Shown in pieces: positions 25,121-38,154 of a stretch of 64,000 nt of DNA. Made by a program: the position numbers and the translations under genes. This stretch comes from Penicillus capitatus. Its lineage: Eukaryota; Plantae; Chlorophyta. Under the pieces are notes generated by a model that saw only the letters and a list, made by a program, of their open reading frames with translations, made no database searches and was not told where the DNA came from. The stretch's first letter is position 1, and every line of letters begins with the position of its first letter. Where the stretch lies: assembly GCA_965649825.1 (NCBI GenBank), contig OZ287694.1, forward strand, positions 1,239,197 to 1,303,196. Direction: 5' to 3'.

Positions 25121-25632
25121 TCAATCGCTGTCCGATCCGGTCATCATGATCTTTTCGAAATCGACGAAATCGATCGATCCGTCACGATCACGATCGAACG
25201 TGTCGATCATGTCTTGCAATTCGGCATCTTCGATGGACAGGCCGATCTCTTTGCAGAGACGCTTCAGACCTCGTGCATGAATCTTGCCGGATCCATCCAC
25301 ATCTAACAGTTCAAAACAGTGACGCGTGCGTTCATCCGGATCACGATCGATCATCTCTTCGGTTAGGATCACGCGAAACATGTCGGCATCTATCGGATCA
25401 TCGGGCTCGATGCCGCGATTCCGCAGCAGACGTAGCACGTCAGCTTTCTTGACGTCAAAACCAAAGGCGCGCAACGCTGCCTTCAGTTCATGACGATAGA
25501 CATGTCCCATCTCATCTGACAGCACATTCATACGGCACATTGCCGTTTTCAATCAAACGCGACACCTTCATCGAAGATTCGGAACGCTTGGTCCACGAGG
25601 TCGATCTCTTCATCCGTCAGTTTTCGCGACAT
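25121..25632 (-). CDS. Centrin-like EF-hand protein (CETN3/Cdc31-like)
   Basis: AFRIFD, HELKAALRAFGFDVKKADVL, DRDPDE, DVDGSGKI, LQDMIDTFDRDRDGSIDF. Confidence 0.8.
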
Positions 25633-25798
25633 CGTTCGCTGTCGCGATCGAACGGGCGATGCGCTCGTGTCAAGTCGTCCAGGCAAAGTCGTCATCGTCC
25701 ACCGCGATCCTCGTATTGATGTGACGTCTACTGAAGATGCATGCGTCGTCGCCATCTATATTCACCTCGAAACGCGATTCTTATTGACTCTTTGAACC

Positions 25799-27973
25799 AT
25801 GGCCGAATTCGATGAGTGCGTCTCGCAACAGCCGTCCAATGTCCAACGTGTTCTGTTCTGATTCCTAGATACGAGTATCTCGAGAAGAATCTAGAGAAGA
25901 AGGAAGAGACAATTGAGAATGGCAGCAGTGCAGGAGGCGAGCGTTCGTCCAAACGTGAACGCCGTCGTCGCAGTCGAGAACGACGTCATTCCCGCGACCG
26001 TCGTCGACGCCGCGACCGTTCGCGCTCCTATTCGCCTTACAAACGTCGTTCGCGTGGCCGTCGCGAAGAGCGTCGACGAAGACACAGTCCATCACCTAAG
26101 TAAACCCTCACTCTTTTTCTATCCGCCTCGAAGTGTGAGAAGGCGTGAGAGGACCCCTCCCGAAGTCAAAGCCGCACGCGAACGCGAACGGGAACTCAAA
26201 GAACTGGAGAAAGATACCCGAACGATCTTTGCCTACAATCTCAACCTCAAAGCAGACGAACGTGATTTGTTCGACTTCTTCTCCAAAGCGGGGAAAGTGA
26301 CGGATGTCAAGATTATTATGGACAGGAATACGAGGAAATCCAAAGGCTTCGCCTATATCGAATTTGATAAACAAGTAGGGCACACGGCTGGATAGAGGGA
26401 CAAGGGAGATATGGGCTGAATGGTGTAGGAAGATGTGTTGAATGCATTGACTTTGACGGGACAAGTGCTGCTGGGCCAGGCGGTGATGGTCAAGGCATCG
26501 GAGGCGGAGAAGAATTTGGCATGGGAGGCCCAGCAACAACAGCAACAGAATCAAGCTGCGGCGGCAGCATTGTTGGGCACGAATCTGTCGACCTCCGGTC
26601 CATGCAAGCTCTATGTCGCTGGCCTGCACCCAGATATCACGGTATGCTCTCCGTTATGGAAAAGTGTGAGAGAAGAGTGAGATGCATGTTTAGCAAAATG
26701 ACCTCAAACGCATTTTTGCCCCGTTTGGTGATGTGGACTCTGTTCAATTGGCCGTTGACGCGAACGGCACGTCACAGAGCTACGGCTACGTCCAGTAATA
26801 CACTCTCACTCTTTCTCACTCTTACCCAGACGCCGTTCTCAGGTTTTCGCGCATGCAAGATGCCACTAAGGCAATGCAGCAGTTGAATGGACTGGAGATC
26901 GGTGGTTCTGCCATTCGCGTTCAGATCGCCTCCGTGGCGGCGGGAGACATGGGAGCCGTGACCTATGGAGAATTGGACGAGGAAGATGGTACGTAGACAC
27001 GCACGCACGAGAGAAGTCTGTTTACGCCTGCACAGTTTCTGTTCGTTTTTCTCCTTTTCTGGTTGGAGATGGTTCCTGTCTCAATGCATTGTTTGCAGGA
27101 CTGCCTGCCTGCCTCCTTTGCCACACTCTCTCTTAGTCGCTGTCGATCATGACTGAGGCAGACCGAAGCATTGGTCGCATCTCCGTTTTCTCCCACATCC
27201 AAAGGCTCCGTCCTTGATTTTAGGGGGTGAACTTTGGTATCGTGGATTCTTGTGCAGCGCTCGCTCGTTGTTTGTTGTGTTCTGCATGGCATCGTATGCT
27301 GAAACCGTATCTCTGTGGTGTGTAGAGATGGGAGGTGGTATGAAGCTGTCATCTCATGCCCGTGCGGCATTGATGAATCGCCTGGCCAATTCAGCCGGCC
27401 TCCAAACAGGCAATCCCTTCAATATCCCGGGGACGGGGTCCGGTTCTGTCCCTGGCATGGGTGGAGCGGGATTTCAGAGTGGAGCGACAAACAAAGTGAT
27501 GCCGAGTCCTCTCTCTTACGATCAAGGCGTTTTGGGTCCGGCCTCGCCACGTCCCACGCAATGTCTGCTCATCAAGAATATGTTCGATGCCTCTGAGTGA
27601 GATCGCACTCGTGTGTTTGTTTGTTCGTTCGAGAGGATGGATGGATGGATGTAGGGAATCCGATCCCAACTGGGTGCGGGATATCGAGCAAGATGTGACA
27701 GATGAATGTTCAAAGTATGGAACCGTGAGCCATATCCATGCCGATCCCAAAAGCAAAGTAATCCCTCCCACTTCTCTATCCATACCGTCATGCATAAGAA
27801 TGCGTCGTATCACAGGGATTTGTTTATCTCAAATTCGAAGCTCTTCAGTCAGCCGTCGCCGCACAGAAGGCGCTCCATGGCCGCTGGTTTGCTGGTCGCC
27901 AAATTGTGGTGGAATTCCAATTCTTGCAGATCTACAACAATCATTTCCAATGCTAAACGCGTTTTCGACCTGA
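25799..27973 (+). CDS. RBM39: RBM39/RBM23 (CAPER/CC1-like) splicing factor
   Basis: RS-rich N terminus, RRM1 (RTIFAYNL...KSKGFAYIEF), RRM2 (KLYVAGLHPDIT), C-terminal UHM (CLLIKNMFD...DVTDECSKYG...RWFAGRQI). Confidence 0.9.
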
Positions 27974-28106
27974 CACTGCATGGATGCTGGCGAATAGATG
28001 GATGGAAGATGCATGGAATAAGAACACATCTCTAAACATAGATGTCACACAGCATATCAGAGCATCCGTCGCTTGCTCACTTGAACAGAAGAGGATTATT
28101 GCCAGC

Positions 28107-29672
28107 TCATTGAAACCATGATGTCACAGCTATACGCTCAAAATGCGTTGGTAGAACAGCGTGGTCCACAGCTCCACTGAGAAACAGAACGCAACGTCCG
28201 CCGAGCGGCGCGACATCCAATACCATTTCACCGCCGACTTCCACCCATTCCACGGCATGCCGTGTCTGTTCGTGGAAGTACGAGCTGACGACTGACATGT
28301 CGTCGATGCTGCTGACGTCGAACTGACCGTCGATTAATCCCAGATCGGCCATCACGGAACTCGTCGTGGATTTGGGCACGCCGTTCAACAGATGCGGCTC
28401 TAATCCATCCGAACGCAGCGAACCGCATTCGCTCGGCTCCGAGATCGAGATATCGGCTTCCGAGATGCCGGGGACGGTGGATGGCTCCGTACGGGGATAG
28501 TCCTGCCATCCGTTGCCAGGGCGTCGATCATTGAAAGGCTGCGCTCCCAGAAAACGCGAAAGATACGGGAGATTATGTGACCTTTGTGGCGGCGGCGGCT
28601 GTTGTTGCTGCCCATTCGAGGCGTCATTGCCGCCGCCGATGCCGGACTCTGTATTTCGCAGACGCTGCTGTTCCACGAGGGCGGCGTGATTCACGCGCTG
28701 ATTCTTCCGAGGAGGCCAGATACGAATCTCTCCACCATCTTCGGACTTCCAATCCGGATTCATGTACACCACCGCCGTCACCTAGAACAGGAGAGTATCA
28801 CGGAATGACCCATGTGTCCGTCACACAATGCACGACGCACTCTTCGCTGCTGCGGCTCGCTGCCGTCGTCCGGAAAAGCATCGCGGTGTTTCTTATAGGC
28901 AGAGCCGTCCGGGGGATAATAAGCTAATTGAAACTCAGCTGTGCTGTTTCGCAGCTTCATAAATTCGTACAGATCTGAACGGAGCTCCTGAAAAGCCACA
29001 GCGAGAGAGGCAAACGGCTGTGTATCAAACGGCGGACGTCCCGACTGCAGCCAGGCAATCGAATCGCCTCGTGCCTTTGTATCCTGATACTTTGCATTCC
29101 CCAGCTTCGCAGCCTCGACCAAAGCGCCTAGAGAAACGCACCTCATTTTTAGCGACCTCATTAACTATCCCTGCCTCTATTATTGAGAGACAGCGCTTCG
29201 GCCCGGATCGCTGCGATTTTCTCTTTGTTAATAAAGTTATCGAGGATCAGATATCCATGCTGCTTGAATTCCTCCATCTGAATGATGTTCATGCGCTTGA
29301 GGGCGACTGGATTGCTCAGACGGTGGCGGAACAGTCGTGAACAGAGCTATCCAGCAGCACGCATGTCGCTAGAGACGTCACGTCACAACAAATGGCCCCA
29401 ACCTGAAACGGATCCTCCTGCGCGTCCAGCACGCGCAGCACATGCTCTTCTGTCACTTCGATGAGCTCTTCCTCCTCCTCTTCAGGAAACGTCCCGAGCT
29501 CCTGCTCTTTCGCCGTCGCATCCTCGAGGTCAATCGCCAGTCCCGCAATGCGTGATGCCAACGATGCCGTCGTGGCGACCGTCGAAGAATTCGTGGAGAC
29601 GGTGCTCAACACGTCATCGTCAAATGCACCCGCCGTTCGCACGGCAACTTCTCGACTTCGAGGCGAACGCAT
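28107..29672 (-). CDS. 2-oxoglutarate/Fe(II) prolyl hydroxylase, EGLN/PHD-like
   Basis: GYLILDNF, ARGDSIAWL, QLAYYPPDGSAYKKHRD (HxD), VTAVVYMNPDW, GGEIRIW, VAPLGGRCVLF, DHAVLPT, RIAVTSWF. Confidence 0.85.
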
Positions 29673-29800
29673 GGAGGAAGACAAAGTCGTTATGAACAAC
29701 GAACACACCTCGTCCCAGATAATGATGGATGGATGGGATGGATGCGTCGATCTTGGCACATCGATCGATTCGCGCGCCGACTGTCTGCTCGTTCGAAAGC

Positions 29801-30435
29801 ATGGGCTCCGTAACAGGTCCGTCCGTCTGTCCATTCATCCATCTCTATCCCAGCTCCGATAACCCCAACGCCGTTTTCTCTGCAGTTCCGCGTAATTTTC
29901 GACTGTTGGAGGAGTTGGAACGCGGAGAGAAGGGCATCGGCGACAGTACTGTCAGTTATGGTATCGAAGACATGGACGACATCCTCATGCGTAGCTGGAA
30001 GGGCACCATCGTGGGAACGGGCAATGTATGTCATCCTTCGCTTGCACCGAAGCGATGTCTCACACGGCGCACAGACGGTGTATGATGGACGCATCTATGA
30101 ACTGAAGATTGTTTGCGGACTGAACTACCCAAACACAGTGAGAGATTTTGACATGGGTCGTGATTGTTGTGCGTGTGCTACTAGCCACCCGAGGTGCGAT
30201 TCTTAACCAAAATCAATCATTCGAGTGTCTTGCCAGATGGCAGAGTGAGATGCACGACATCAAAGACAAAGTGTGATAAGTGTGATGTCTGTAGCTAAAC
30301 CCCAATACGTTTCACGTCTTGCGTAACTGGAAGAGAGAGCATACGATGGAGTACTTGCTTGTGGAGTTACGTCGAGAGATGTCGTCTCCACAGAACAGAC
30401 GAGCGCCTCAGCCGGCAGAAGGATCGAACTATTGA
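29801..30435 (+). CDS. UEV1: Ubiquitin-conjugating enzyme variant UEV1/MMS2
   Basis: [55 protein letters not shown]. Confidence 0.95.
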
Positions 30436-30532
30436 GAATGTCTTGACTCGGAGTGGATCGTGGCATCCATCATCATCGCCGTCATCGTCGTCGTTGTATG
30501 CGGTGTGAACTGTATGTATGTGGTGGCTGGTG

Positions 30533-32350
30533 TTAAACATGTTCTGACTTTGACATGACATCCTCTAACGCCGCAAATCGCTCATCGTCGTTGCCCTCTG
30601 CGATCTCGGCCGCCAAGTGCGAAACAGACGGGCCTTTGAGAAACTCACCATCGGGATAGAGCCATTCAAAATGCGACAGGCAAGCCTGAAAATCACGAAG
30701 GTGTCCAACCATGCCCCTGGGACCGCCGACCAAGCAGACATTGGGGATGGTATCGTCGGCAAGCTCCATACAGGTCTGTCGATAATAACATTCAAAGAGT
30801 AATTGAGGGGCGGCAGGGAGGGAGAGGGAGAGGAGACGATGCACAGTCTCAGACAGATCGGCCTTCGGGTGTTGCTTCTCCGAGGAGCAGCTTCCGTACA
30901 ACAGATACCTGCACAAGGCCTCGGCCTTCGACATGAGCTCGATGAAGGACACGATGCCTACTTTCCTGGTGGACAGGACGGTTGGCCAACCTGCAGAAAA
31001 GTGACAGGCTTGTTCTGTCCTCTGGGCACGACGATCATCAACTGCTGTTTGCCTTCCTGCAGCGATCGGTCCAGAACACAGACAACGCGAGAGATCTTTG
31101 TCTCGTGCAGGGCTGCGCTGTCTGGTATCTCTGATTTGAGTGTTGGCAAGGTGGATAGATAGTGGACCGGCATCACAAATTTCGCGCAGCGGATCCACTG
31201 GCCGTGCTCTGTTTGAATTCGGATGGGCTCGGCCGAGTTGGTTGGGAGCTGTATTGCTTGCAGGGAGCAGTTCAGGATGTAAACACCACCGTGTACGGCA
31301 CACAGACGACAGAAGGCCTAAACGGCAGTCTCGTAGAAAAGTGGGCGCTGTCTCGATAGGTGACTTGCGGGATGTCGCTGCAACTGTAGCATGGAACAAT
31401 GAATGGCCCTGAGTTCACTCTGAGCCTTCCGGCCGACTGCAGGTAATACCCGAGGGCTTCGAATTTGGCCAAGTCCCCAGGAAATTCCTCGACGAAGCAG
31501 ACACCTGTCTTGACCATTTGCAGGAGAAAATCATCGAATCCTTGCTCTGTTAGCCACGCATCGAAATCCTGCACCTGTAAGGAGCATTCCGTCTCGATCG
31601 AGTTCTTCTCACACAATTGAGTGACTTGAGTTTGGTCCTGCCTTTCCAAAAGCTCAACAGCGCTCTGCAGAAAAGCCGTCAGTTTTCGTTTTTGCATGGC
31701 TGTCAGTGTTCGATCTTTGAAGATGTCGGATCGGGAGGCGGGGATCGGAACGAAGCCATCCTCCGTCATCACATAACTGACAAATACAGCAGATATCACA
31801 CTTGGTCACACGTAATCTCACTCTTTCTCGCACCTGGCTTCCACCAGCCGATAATCCACATAATGATGCGCACGTGTCTTGATCAAGCTCATCAAGAGTG
31901 GTCCTGATTGATATGTTAACTGACATTCCCAAAAGAGTGCCTGTCATTTGAAGAGTGCGTGAGATCTCACTTTTGGGGAGAGCTCAATAATGTAATCCTT
32001 TGCGTCTCCCAGCTCTTCTGCCTTTCGCTGTGGCACCTCTACGTGCTCATAGACGCATGGAGATCCACAGAATCGATGCAAATGTGGCTCTGATGCATCG
32101 GCATTCGCATCTGTCACATCATCTGGCGGCGCGATATGTGTGAGAAACTCTTCCATATTGAGGCCCGACCACAAATCCCCATAATACGACCGCGCATCGA
32201 GATGCAACACTTTCTTGCCGAGCAATGCCGCAGAACTGCACACACAAACATCGCCGCCTCGTCGCTTGGCAGCAATCACCTCGCAAGGATCGATTCCCTC
32301 AAGCCAGTGCCCAGCACCACGAGATCGTAGACGTCGGGCGTGATGTCCAT
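30533..32350 (-). CDS. REP: Rab escort protein / Rab-GDI family protein
   Basis: YDLVVLGTGLRESILA, GKKVLHLDARSYYG, IELSPK, VPASRSDIFKD, SDIPQAFCRLCAVYG. Confidence 0.88.
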
Positions 32351-32449
32351 CGCGATGATGACGTGACTTGTTGGATCGGTTGCATTGTAGAGCCAGAACG
32401 AAGGCCTTTACCAACAACATCTCTCCCGTTTGTTCGCGTCTTCACCGCA

Positions 32450-35400
32450 ATGTATGCGTTTACACTGTCGCCATTTGTTACGCCGCATGTGGTTCGCATG
32501 CCTTGTGTCCCACAGCGGACAGTCCGTTTTTCCCCCGCACGAACACACATTTGGCAACGCGATGAACGTCGTGCCGTGATGACGCGTCGTTATCGCGCGG
32601 CGTTTCCGATCGTAAACGTCGCGACGTCGGGGGAGACGACGACAACGACGACGGTCAAAAGAGTCTACACTTTTAGCAAGAGCATCTCCGAAGGCAATGC
32701 CACGATGAAGCAACTCGTCTGTCAACGCCTCAGTCTGAGACATGACTAAGACGTATGGTCGTAGTTGGGCGGCAAAGGCGCCAATTTGGCAGAAATGTCG
32801 GCGATTGGACTGAGTGTCCCTCCCGGCTTCACCATCACCACCGAGGCATGCAATGCCTTTCACGAATCCGGTCAAGCGATCGCAGAGTATCTTGTTGATG
32901 TGACAGGTGTCTCGTAGGACGCCAATTGCCTGATGGCTGTTGGGATGAGGTTCTGGAGGCATTGACCACGGTGGAGGCGGAGCTCGGCCTAAAATTCGGC
33001 GATACCAAATCACCTCTCCTCCTGTCCGTTCGCTCAGGCGCCGCCGTTTCCATGCCCGGAATGATGGACACCGTAATCTCCGTCTTGATCCTAAGCCAGC
33101 CATGTGTGAGAGTGTGAGATGTTTTCTAGGTTTTGAACCTCGGCCTGAACGACACTGTGGTCCAGGGATTGGCAGCCAAAGCCGGAGAGCGTTTCGCCTA
33201 CGATGCCTACCGACGTTTCCTCGACATGTTCGGCAATGTGGTCATGAATGTACCCCATGCCAATTTTGAAGCCAAGATGGAAGAACTCAAAGCAGAAAAA
33301 GGGATCGAAGTGGACACAGATCTCACAGCAGAAGATCTGAAAACACTCGTCCAGCAGTACAAACAAGTCTACATCGATGCAGGGACAATGTTCCCCGAAG
33401 ATCCCTACGAACAACTGAAGGCATCGGTCTATGCCGTTTTTGATTCTTGGGAATCTCCCCGTTGCAAAGTCTATCGCACGGTCAATCAGTTGACAGGCTT
33501 TCGAGGAACGGCTGTCAATGTCCAAACGATGGCTTTTGGCAACATGGGTGACACCTCTGCCACGGGAGTGCTGTTCACCCGAAATCCGGCAACGGGAGAG
33601 AACCTCCTGTACGGGGAATACCTCGTCAATGCGCAGGGCGAGGATGTCGTGGCTGGCATCCGAACGCCGCTGCAGATCGAACAGATGAAACAAGATATGC
33701 CAGATTTGTACGACCAGATTGTTAAGAATTGTGATATTCTGGAGAACCATTACAAAGAGATGATGGTACGCCTAAGTGTATTGGAATGCATGTGATCTGT
33801 GTGGATTGTCTGGCAGGATATTGAATTTACGATTCAGGAAGGGAAGCTTTTTCTTTTGCAATGCCGGACGGGAAAACGAACGGGCCAAGCCGCCTTGCGC
33901 ATTGCTATTGAGCTCGTCGATGAAGGTCCACGTCACACATCACTCTTTTGCTTCACATGAAAGGGATGGTGCTTCAGGCATGATTGGACCTCAGGAAGCT
34001 GTCCAGAAGGTGGAGCCAACACACCTGGATCAATTACTCCATCCGCAGTTTGAAGACGAGAAAGCTTACAAGAACGATGTCATTGCCAAAGGGCTTCCGG
34101 CCTCTCCTGGCGCCTCCGTTGGACAGATCGTGTTCACGGCTGAGAAGGCAGAGACGATGCATGCCGCAGGGGCCGATGTGATTCTGGTGCGAAAGGAGAC
34201 GTCTCCCGAAGACGTCAAAGGAATGTTCTCCTCGGCAGGAGTGCTGACACAGCTGGGAGGTATGACATCTCACGCAGCTGTCGTGGCTAGAGGCTGGGGT
34301 AAGACTTGCGTGACCGGCTGCTCGGCGCTGCAGATCGAAGAGAAGGATGGATTCTTGCGCTGCAATGGCCACGAATTGCACGAAGGCGATTTCATTTCGC
34401 TCAACGGATCGACCGGCGAAGTGATTCTGGGCAAACAGCCGCTCAAAGCTCCTGAGCTCTCGGGCAATTTGGGACGACTGATGTCGTGGGCAGACGATTT
34501 TCGAACCATGGGTGTTATGGCCAATGCCGATACGCCAGACGACGCACGAACCGCTCGAGAAAACGGCGCCCAAGGCATTGGACTGTGCCGTACAGAACAC
34601 ATGTTTTTCGCTTCGGAGGCCAGAATCATTGCGATGCGTAAAATGATCGTCGCCCAGTCTCCCGAAGCACGTCAAGCAGCACTCGATGAGCTCTTGCCTT
34701 TTCAGCGATCCGATTTCGAAGGCATCTTTCGGGAAATGGACGGCCTCCCTGTGGTCGTCCGTCTCTTGGATCCACCCCTCCACGAGTTCCTTCCTCCCGG
34801 AGAGCACGACGAAATGGTGCAGCAGTTGGTGAATCAGACCGGCATCGATGAGAAAGCCATCGAAGAGACGGTGGATCGTTTGGAGGAACTCAATCCTATG
34901 CTCGGATTCCGAGGCTGTCGTCTGGCCATCATGTATCCAGAAATTGCGTCCATGCAGGCACGTGCCATTATCGAGGCAGCCGTTCGGGTGACGCAGGAAG
35001 GCAAGAAGGTCTTCCCCAAAATCATGGTCCCTCTGGTCGGTACCTCCGCCGAACTCATCAATCAATCCAAACTCATCCGCTCTGTCGCCGATGCTGTTCT
35101 GGAGGAAGCTAACGTGAAGCTGATGTACAACGTGGGCACGATGATCGAAGTTCCGCGTGCCTGTCTCGTGGCAGACAAGATCGCCGAGACGGCCGATTTC
35201 TTCTCGTTCGGTACCAATGACTTGACGCAGATGTCGTTTGGCTATTCCCGAGACGACATCGGCAAATTCCTTCCCATCTATCTCGACAGAGGCATCCTCC
35301 AGGTGGATCCCTTCGAGGTGCTCGACACCGAAGGCGTCGGACAGCTGATCGATATGGCGGTGGCGAAGGGCCGCTCGGTCAAGAGCGACCTAAACATCGG

Positions 35401-35536
35401 CCTCTGCGGCGAACAGGGAGGCGAAGCACGTTCCGTTCAGTTTGTGAATTCGGTCGGTCTCGATTACGTTTCCTGTTCTCCTTTCCGTGTGCCCATTGCC
35501 CGTCTGGCTGCAGCACAGGCTGCGGTTAAGAAATGA
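32450..35536 (+). CDS. PPDK: Pyruvate, phosphate dikinase, plastid-targeted
   Basis: [54 protein letters not shown] (catalytic His, regulatory Thr), [21 protein letters not shown]. Confidence 0.98.
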
Positions 35537-35667
35537 GATCGATCGTATGAGATTTGTGTGGGATGGGGGATGCAACGGCGGCTTAATTGTTGGTAAGAAG
35601 ATGGACACAGTGGCGGCGGGAAAACCTTTACATGAAAAATACGTCCGCCGTTCTAAGAACTCATGTT

Positions 35668-36021
35668 TTATGGTTGATCGATGACCATGGCTTTTCGCAA
35701 AATACTGCCAACAGTGTCACTCGGCTGCGCTCCAACGGATATCCATTTCTTGATCGCTGGGGCATTGAGATTGGTCTCCTTCTTCAGAGGATCGTGCCAA
35801 CCCAGGTACTCCAGCACGTCTGTCTCTCGAGGGGCGCGAGAGTCCACGGCGACAATGCGATAGAAGGGACGCTTTTTTCGACCAAATCGCGAGAGCCGAA
35901 TCCGAACGCGATCTTCGACGAGGAGGTCCTGTCGACTGGCGACGGCGGCGTGGCGCTGGGCCGTTAGGCAAGACGTCGAGGCGACGGAAGATTTGAACGC
36001 CAGAGATGGCATCGTCGTCAT
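35668..36021 (-). CDS. RPS16: Nucleus-encoded plastid-type 30S ribosomal protein S16
   Basis: Ser/Thr/Ala-rich presequence followed by VRIRLSRFGRKKRPFYRIVAVDSRAPR...LGWHDP...GAQPSDTV. No intron. Confidence 0.92.
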   Translation of the reverse strand: MTTMPSLAFKSSVASTSCLTAQRHAAVASRQDLLVEDRVRIRLSRFGRKKRPFYRIVAVDSRAPRETDVLEYLGWHDPLKKETNLNAPAIKKWISVGAQPSDTVGSILRKAMVIDQP

Positions 36022-36124
36022 CGTTGTTCTTGTTGTCGACCCTAGGTTGATAGAACGGTGCGCGCACCGGGTAATGCCTTTGAAACACAGGCCGAGACGA
36101 CAGGCGGTTCGACCAATTCACTGT

Positions 36125-36758
36125 ATGGAAAATGAAAAATCCTCAATGCCGTGTTTGTCACGTCGCCCCACTCCAATGCCCCTTCTATCGTGTGACCTCG
36201 TTGCCTTGCAGGGCCAGAAGAACCCGGGGGCGCACAGCCGAACGGTCTATGTGGCATAGTAAAAAGCACTGGACAGCTAACAGCCGAAACTCGCGTGCCT
36301 TCCAACGGCTACATGAAACGCATATGGTACGTCGGGAGCCCGCTCATGCGCCTGGCTGAACTGCCGCTGTTCGGCATAAACTGTATAGGAAGAGGTTATT
36401 CGGCTGGTTGCACCTCAAGGCTGGAGGTGGCTGTTTCTTGCAAGCATCTGTTTCTTCACAGTATGAGATCACCTTCATCGAGGTGGACCGAGAGCTATGG
36501 ATTCGTCATGCGTAATAAGCAGTTATAGAATGAAGGACTGCACGTCGACGACGAGAGACCGATTATGTAATGTTCTGTAGAAGCGCATACGTTTCGATAA
36601 AAAAGACGTCGCCGAGACGAGATGATGCGCATGTCTGTGGCTTTTTGTTTGACAAAGACACCATACCAGGCAGGCAGCATCAAAGGTGCACTTCTCACAT
36701 GATCATCACCGTTTTGAACAGAGATCAAGGCATGCCCACATTGATGGAACTCCTGTGA
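36125..36758 (+). CDS. Possible small multi-exon hypothetical protein
   Basis: Open segments joinable by GT-AG introns (e.g. YMKRIW|KRLFGWLHLK). No recognisable domain. Confidence 0.3.
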
Positions 36759-36828
36759 GGGCTGCTTCCGTGGACAGTCCAGTGCAGCAGCTTGTTGTGG
36801 AAAGAGATGGAATGATGGCGGCTGTTCT

Positions 36829-38154
36829 CTACTGATTCATATGCTTGAGGAAGGCTTCCTCGTGCTGAGGTGCTCCCGAAGCCGGATACTGTGAGGTATC
36901 GTAGTGCGGATCGTAGTGCGTTGTCATTGAGGGACGGCGCAACATGGCAGCACGTCCCCTCTTCATCTCTTTGGGTTTTCGATTGTTGAAAAAATTGCAC
37001 AGACGCTCCTTCGTCACATTATAGTCCTGACAGAACTTCATGCGCTCCTCCCAAGTCAGCGCCGTGATCGACCATCCCGCTTTCTCGGCAAGTTCTGTCA
37101 TGGCCGCCACTTGATCTTCGGAGAAACGCTCGCGGGCGCGTTTTCTGCCTGTGTCTTCTTCTTGTTTGCGTGTCGTGGGGATGTCGTACTTCTGACGACG
37201 GGAACGGGCGTTATCGTAAGCAGTGTACTTAGCAGCTGACCCTCGCACTGACTCTACCGGATACTTATGTGTATTGATTTGCAGTTTGTTAATCCTAAGA
37301 GCGTCAGAGAGTGAGCACACAGCGTTCGTTATGTATGAACAGATCTTACGCTGCCTGGCCGAGGTCAAACCCACACACATCCGACAATCGTACCAGATTT
37401 AACAGTACCTAAACATCACACATCTCACTCTTCCTTCTTGGATCATATGCCTCAGCATCCCGTACATCTGCCAGTTCTTCGGCAACGTGACTCTTCTCAT
37501 CGTCTGAGAAATCTACACAGCATCACACGTGTCATGGATAACAAGGATGGAGGCAGATCGGCAAACCTGGCAGTCCCCTCTCTACTTCGCCTCTCCACTG
37601 AAAGATCTCCGACAATTCGCCCACCTCTGCCATCTGCCGTCAAATCACACATGTCACACATTTTAACGTGGTTATAGATGTGACCAGTGCACAGAGGAGG
37701 TTTCGTGGTGTGTGATATTTATCCCAATCGCGCTCGTGCGTAAAATGCTGCATGGCTGCGCGGAGGTCTTCCAGTGTCAGTCCATTCATCACGACGGCCG
37801 GCTGCGTTCCCTGGCCATCCCCTATCCATCACAGCATTCCTCAACAAAACTATTTCCCCTTTTGATGCACCTATATTAGGAATGGGCAGTGCATCCTGTA
37901 CCAAAATGGACGCATTCGACATCGGCGTCCCTTTCCATTGCCACATAAAGACAGGAGCAGGATCTTGACTTTCTACCTTCGCCTTGGGGAGGCATCGACG
38001 TGGCATATTGCGGATAGGCGTATTCGCTGGGGACAGGAAACTCTGTCGTTGCCGTCAGAAAAGCGCCAGAGGAAGGAGGCGTCCCTTCTGGCGTCTCGTC
38101 CGCATGGCTCTCCTCCTTTACCGTCGTCGCGTCGTCGTTCTTCGCTTTCGACAT
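36829..38154 (-). CDS. dCTP pyrophosphatase (DCTPP1/MazG-like) fused to a C-terminal homeodomain, copy 2
   Basis: Same intron positions in the DCTPP1 domain as copy 1: ERDWDKYHTPRNLLCAL|MAEVGELSEIFQW...|DFSDDEKSHVAEELAD|VLLNLVRLSD...|INKLQINTHKYP. Its homeodomain differs from copy 1 by a single I/V change. Confidence 0.87.
37644..37805 (-). repeat. Partner copy of the 162-bp tract at 15821-15982
   Basis: The reverse complement matches 15821-15982 with 2 mismatches, both in the intron part. Confidence 0.92.

Noticed and set aside
35668-36021. Nuclear location of plastid-type rps16 as a novelty
   Set aside because: Loss of rps16 from green algal plastomes with nuclear replacement is already known.
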